The position numbers and the translations under genes are program-made. Below the pieces are notes generated by a model, which was given only the letters and a program-made list of their open reading frames with translations, was not told where the DNA came from and made no database searches. Source: an uncultured delta proteobacterium (GTDB lineage: Bacteria; Myxococcota_A; Polyangia; Fen-1088). Taken from it: a DNA stretch of 64,000 nt. Shown piece by piece: positions 59,940-64,000 of the stretch (positions within the stretch are counted from its first letter, which is position 1; every line of letters begins with the position of its first letter). The stretch lies in NCBI GenBank assembly GCA_963737265.1, contig CAVTRY010000012.1, positions 224,001-288,000 on the forward strand, in the 5' to 3' direction.

Positions 59940-60287
59940 GTTGGCTCCTTTTACTGAGGAAAGCAGAGCGGACGGGATATCACAATGGATCGAGGCACGA
60001 GTTTTCGCCGGATTTGCCCGACAGAAACAGCTACGAAACGTCAGAAACAACGGGGCAACATTCCGTTCTTAACCTAGTTTGCAGGTGTGACGGCGCAAGC
60101 CAGGATCGAGTCGGTATCGAGATCCGTGGCAATGTGCCGCATGTAACCGTCGAATCGCCGCGCTCAAGACGTGTCCATAAATGGACCCGTCTTGAAGATT
60201 TTTGAAGGGAGGGCCGCTGCCCTCCCCTCGTCCGCGAAGTAAATTCGCGGACTTCACCCCACCTGCGGCCGAGCCCTTGGCTCGGCT

Positions 60288-60324
60288 GCTGAAGAACTGT
60301 CCAATTTTTGGACAGTTCTTCAGC
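60288..60324. repeat. Perfect 17-bp-arm palindrome overlapping the TonB-receptor stop codon
   Basis: GCTGAAGAACTGTCCAA TTT TTGGACAGTTCTTCAGC. Confidence 0.85.
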
Positions 60325-62572
60325 GCAACCGAAAGCCCGCCAGGAGCAGCCTTGGCGGGCCGATGGTGTCGACGCCGGGGCGGCCGACCAGGTACCTCGT
60401 GTCGAAGAGGTTTTGCACCAGGCCGTAGGCTTCGAGGCCGCGGTAGAGGGGAAGGGCGGCGAAAAGGTCGACGACGGCGAAACCACGCATCGGCAGCGTG
60501 TTGAGAGCGTCTTCGTATTGCGCGGATTGGGCGCGCACCTGCACGGAGATGAAGGCCAAGTGTGGGTCGACGTAACGAATTTCGGCGCGGCCGCGGTGGA
60601 CGGGATCTTGGGGCAAGCGTTTGCCCTGCAACGCCGGAGTGTCGGCCTCGACGACCCTGGCGTCGATGGCGTCGTAGGACAGCGACGCAATGAAATGCCG
60701 AAAAGGGCGCACGTCCAATGAGCTTTCGATGCCGCGCACGTCGGCCTTGCCCAGGTTTTGGCGCTGCTGGGTGGCGCCATTGATGGGCTGGGCCAGCGTG
60801 ACGCTGAGGATTGGATCGTCGAGGCGGTTGACGAACCCGGTGACACGAACGGCGCCGAGGTCGGTGAAAAGGTACTCGAGCCCGAGGTCAGCGCCGAGCA
60901 AGTGCTCGGACGTCAGGTTTTCATTGGCGGCGGTCAACACGGTGCCGACCTGAAACGGGCGGTACAGCTCGCTCAGCGTCGGCGCGCGGAATGCGGTGTA
61001 GCCGGCTGCGCGGATGCGCCAGGCCTGCGCGGGTTTAAGCAGCAGGCCCAAACGCGGGTTGATCTCCGAGGCGCTGCGATCGGCGAAGTCATTCACAATG
61101 GTCGTGCCCGACTGCTGACGGACAGTGCGCTCCCCGTCGACATTGCTCCAGCGATCGAAGCGAAGCGCGAAGGACGCCTCGATCCATTGGGCCGGGTCGT
61201 ACACGTCCTGCGCGAAAATACCGACGAAACGCTGTTCGCCGCCCGCGGCGCGGTGAACTGTGGAGGTGTCGGTCAGCACCGCGGGGAAGAGCGTATCGTC
61301 CGCCGTGCCCGAGACGCGAAAGGCGTCGGCACCGATCATCAAAGTGTGAGCGCCAGCGGCCTCGAGCGGGCGGCTGGTGAAAACCACACTGCCCCCCTGC
61401 GAATCGTCCTTGACCTGCTGCTGGTCGGCGAGGGCTTCGGACGACCGGTCGCTGGCCACGCTCGATCGGCCTTGCAGAAAGGTTTCCCAGCCGAGGAACG
61501 CATTTGCGGTCAGAGCCCCCGCGTTTTCGAAGGCGTGTTCGAAGGTCAGACCGAAGGATTGCGTGCTTGGGCGGCCGGTCGTCAGGGGCGTGCCGCCGTT
61601 TTCGCTTTCTTCGAAGACGCGAAACTGCGCGCCCACCCGCGTGGCCTCCGATGGATCCCAGGCAACGCGCGCGTTGATGGCGCCGTGGCGGCTCCACGCG
61701 GGTTGATCGATGGCGCCCCGCTGATTGGCAGCGACCTGCACGTAGCCGTCGAAGTCGGTCCCTTCCGCCTCGACGGCGACACCCAGATTGCGGTAGCGAT
61801 AGCCGGCCGCCACAGACGCCGTTTTCAGGCCAAAATTGCCAAGCGCCGCTTCGGCCTCGACCCGGTTCGCAATCGGCCGCGAGAACATTTGGATGACACC
61901 ACCCATCGCCGTGTTGCCGAACAACGCGGACGTGCCACCGGGGACGACTTCGACGCGGTCGATGCCCAGGCGCGGAAGCGCTTGCCAATAAATCCAGCCG
62001 CCAAAGGCTTGCGTGACCGGAACCCCGTCGAGCAGCACCAGCGCACGCGACACGCCCGAAGGCGCCAGCCCGCGCAGGGTCAGGCCCTGGGACGTGGGAT
62101 CGGCGGTCAGGCTCGAGGATCGCCGAAAGGTGGCGACCGTCGGCAGCGCGCGCACCAGCTCGTCGGTCGCGAGCGCCGGCGTGGTGTCGATTTCATCGCG
62201 GGTGAGCACCGTGACGGTGTTCGGCACGTCTGGCAGCGGGCGCGGCAGGCGCAAAGAAGTGACCGTGGTCTCGTAAACGGGCTGGCGCCTGGGCGCCGAT
62301 CCCGCGTTGCCCGAAACGGCGGAGGCTGTGGGGGTTGCGTTCGCAGGCACATTCGCCGGCGCGGCAGGCGTACCCGTCGGCTGGTTCGCCGATGCGGCGA
62401 GCGCATCCTTCGGCGAAGCCGGCGCAGGCGCGGATTCGGCCGGCGTTGGTGGTGGGCCTTCCGAGGATACCGGCGGTGGGTCCGTGCCCTGGGCCCGCGC
62501 CCAGCTCGGCGCCAATCCCAACGCCAGGAACAGGAGAGACCGATGCAGCAGTTCTCCAGGGGATCCGCGCAT
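60320..62572 (-). CDS. TonB-dependent receptor
   Basis: Signal peptide, ETTVTS box, plug motifs LVLLDGVP and RVEVVPGGTSALFG..GGVI, FRAPTLSELY, NLFD, C-terminal GFRLR. Confidence 0.92.
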   Translation of the reverse strand: MRGSPGELLHRSLLFLALGLAPSWARAQGTDPPPVSSEGPPPTPAESAPAPASPKDALAASANQPTGTPAAPANVPANATPTASAVSGNAGSAPRRQPVYETTVTSLRLPRPLPDVPNTVTVLTRDEIDTTPALATDELVRALPTVATFRRSSSLTADPTSQGLTLRGLAPSGVSRALVLLDGVPVTQAFGGWIYWQALPRLGIDRVEVVPGGTSALFGNTAMGGVIQMFSRPIANRVEAEAALGNFGLKTASVAAGYRYRNLGVAVEAEGTDFDGYVQVAANQRGAIDQPAWSRHGAINARVAWDPSEATRVGAQFRVFEESENGGTPLTTGRPSTQSFGLTFEHAFENAGALTANAFLGWETFLQGRSSVASDRSSEALADQQQVKDDSQGGSVVFTSRPLEAAGAHTLMIGADAFRVSGTADDTLFPAVLTDTSTVHRAAGGEQRFVGIFAQDVYDPAQWIEASFALRFDRWSNVDGERTVRQQSGTTIVNDFADRSASEINPRLGLLLKPAQAWRIRAAGYTAFRAPTLSELYRPFQVGTVLTAANENLTSEHLLGADLGLEYLFTDLGAVRVTGFVNRLDDPILSVTLAQPINGATQQRQNLGKADVRGIESSLDVRPFRHFIASLSYDAIDARVVEADTPALQGKRLPQDPVHRGRAEIRYVDPHLAFISVQVRAQSAQYEDALNTLPMRGFAVVDLFAALPLYRGLEAYGLVQNLFDTRYLVGRPGVDTIGPPRLLLAGFRLR

Positions 62573-62609
62573 GGTGCGGGCACGTTACTGAAAATTCTCT
62601 TCGTTGTCT

Positions 62610-62672
62610 ACGGACGGGAATTCCGTGAATTCCGTGCTTGACGTCCCCTTTTCCAGACGGACGGGAATTCCG
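62610..62672. promoter_or_regulatory. Repeated operator-like motif between divergent genes
   Basis: ACGGACGGGAATTCCG at 62610-62625 and 62657-62672, plus an extra GAATTCCG at 62627-62634. Confidence 0.55.
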
Positions 62673-62729
62673 CAAACGGTACCTTTTTCAGACTTGAATT
62701 AGGACTTGTTTGCGCCCATGATCCCGCGC

Positions 62730-63017
62730 ATGCGGGCCATCAAAGTTGCCGAAGACATCGTTCCGGTGGGCGAGTTCAAGGGACAGACAGCGCGTTGGCT
62801 CAGGCATGCCGCCGAAACGGGGCAACCCGTGGTGATCACCCAGAACGGCAAGCCGGCCGGCGTCCTGGTCTCGCCGACCGAGTACGACCGTCTGACGGAG
62901 CGGGAACGTTTCATCGAGTCGGTCGCGCTCGGTCTTGCCGATTCTGAAGCTGGTAAAACCATGGACACGAAGAAACTCCTGCGCCGACTTGAAGAGCGGC
63001 GGTCGCTCGGACGGTAG
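62730..63017 (+). CDS. Phd/YefM family antitoxin
   Basis: DIVPVGEFK, PVVITQNGKPAGVLVSP.EY. Confidence 0.9.
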   Translation: MRAIKVAEDIVPVGEFKGQTARWLRHAAETGQPVVITQNGKPAGVLVSPTEYDRLTERERFIESVALGLADSEAGKTMDTKKLLRRLEERRSLGR

Positions 63018-63019
63018 CC

Positions 63020-63316
63020 TTGAAGGTCGTCTGGAGTGAGCAGGCGCTCGTGCGCTTAACCGAGATTCAGGACTTCGTCGCCCGCGCCAATCCCGAGGCG
63101 GCCGAGCGTCTCGTACACCGAATCGCCGACCGAGGCGAGGAGTTGTCCAAGTTTCCCGAAATGGGAAGAACGGTGTCCGAGCTTCCTGGAACGGGTCTGC
63201 GTGAAATCATTGAGGGACGTCACCGAATCGTCTACCGAATCCAGTCGAAGGACATCGAGGTTCTGACCGTCTTCGAAGGACACCGTCAGTTCCCGGCGGA
63301 GGATGTGGTTAAGTAA
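63020..63316 (+). CDS. RelE/ParE family toxin
   Basis: VVWSEQA..L.EI.DF, FPEMGR.V.E, RIVYR, VLTVFEG. Confidence 0.9.
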   Translation: MKVVWSEQALVRLTEIQDFVARANPEAAERLVHRIADRGEELSKFPEMGRTVSELPGTGLREIIEGRHRIVYRIQSKDIEVLTVFEGHRQFPAEDVVK

Positions 63317-63633
63317 CGATTTCGGACAATCGTGTGCTCGATCGCTGCGGGTTCCATCAGCGGATCTCGAGGAAAGTACCCTCGGACGGGATCTGCCGGG
63401 ATCTGCCGGGCAATGGGCAGAGCCGCTCGTGCGTCAGTTCCACTCCCTCGCTCGCCTCAGGTTCTGGCTGCGACTACTAATCTGCCCGTGCCCGGCATCA
63501 TCTGGGATCGCGGGGCATGGAAAGGGCAGCGGAAAGTTGCGCGAAAAGCGCCCTGGGCGGGATTTTGGGGAAGAGCGTTGCCCGGTGATCGGAATCTGTC
63601 CATAGTTACCAGACATACCGAACGGAGCACAGC

Positions 63634-63920
63634 GCGAATGCGTCAATCGTGGACCTTCGCCACAAGACCGAGCAGATTATCGAGGCACTGGACCGGAGAG
63701 AGACCGTCTCGGTTCTCTATCGCGGCAAGGTGAAGGGCCGACTGGTGCCGGCGGTGTTGGCGGACCGCCCAAAGTGCAGAACAGCGCCTTCTTCGGCATG
63801 CGGGCGAAAGACCGCACGCCGGTGCCAAAGGTGATGCAGGCGCTCAGGGGCGGATGGTATCGCAATCTTTGATACGGACGTCCTTATCTACGCGCAACGT
63901 GGCGTGCGCCGGGCAGCGCT
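63634..63920 (+). pseudogene. Degraded Phd-like antitoxin plus 5' remnant of a PIN toxin
   Basis: ASIVDLRHKTEQIIEALDRRETVSVLYRGK with lost start and a frameshift; then IFDTDVLIYAQRG, truncated. Confidence 0.65.
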
Positions 63921-64000
63921 CCACGCGACAGGAAGCGAACCGCCCGGGCTCGGACGCCTGCCTCACCGTGTCTTCATCGGATGCAACAGTTTCTCGGACA

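Noticed and set aside
60758-62641. Long antisense ORF (627 aa) and similar shadow ORFs elsewhere
   Set aside because: Expected opposite genuine genes in high-GC DNA; no motifs.
62573-62700. Cobalamin or other riboswitch upstream of the TonB receptor
   Set aside because: The leader is short and I found no recognisable riboswitch consensus.

Overview
High-GC bacterial window, probably from a myxobacterium of the Polyangia type. That assignment is inferred from the Gly/Thr-rich-linker lipoprotein glycosidases and a Deltaproteobacteria-like nif region. It has four parts. (1) 1-4.6 kb: 3' part of a frameshifted GH94 glycoside phosphorylase/NdvB-like gene, a hypothetical gene and a rhomboid protease. 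(2) 4.7-19 kb: a complete minus-strand nitrogen-fixation cluster (GNAT-nifA, a sigma54 promoter, nifHDK-nifX-fdxB-nifW-nifE-nifN-draG-draT-nifB-nifV). It looks phylogenetically mosaic, with group I-type NifD and group II-type NifE. (3) 21.4-52.9 kb: an accessory island and the main discovery candidate. Two divergent operons each begin with a peptidoglycan-binding 'carrier' gene (LysM or OmpA type) sharing the same 133-bp N-terminal module. Each also encodes a large calcineurin-like metallophosphoesterase and duplicated exported or membrane proteins that look like immunity genes. Orphan fragments of the enzyme's C-terminus follow the immunity-like genes of the left operon. This organisation is that of a polymorphic toxin/immunity system. 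The island also holds TA modules, two ISAs1 copies, an ISAs1-derived MITE, a four-ORF IS66 and an IS4. (4) 53-64 kb: GH27/GH128 lipoproteins, a degenerate PII protein, a TonB-dependent receptor and more TA genes. Clusters of single-base frameshifts (0.5-2.3 kb, 50.4-51.4 kb) may be sequencing artefacts. Family names come from motif recognition by eye, not database searches.
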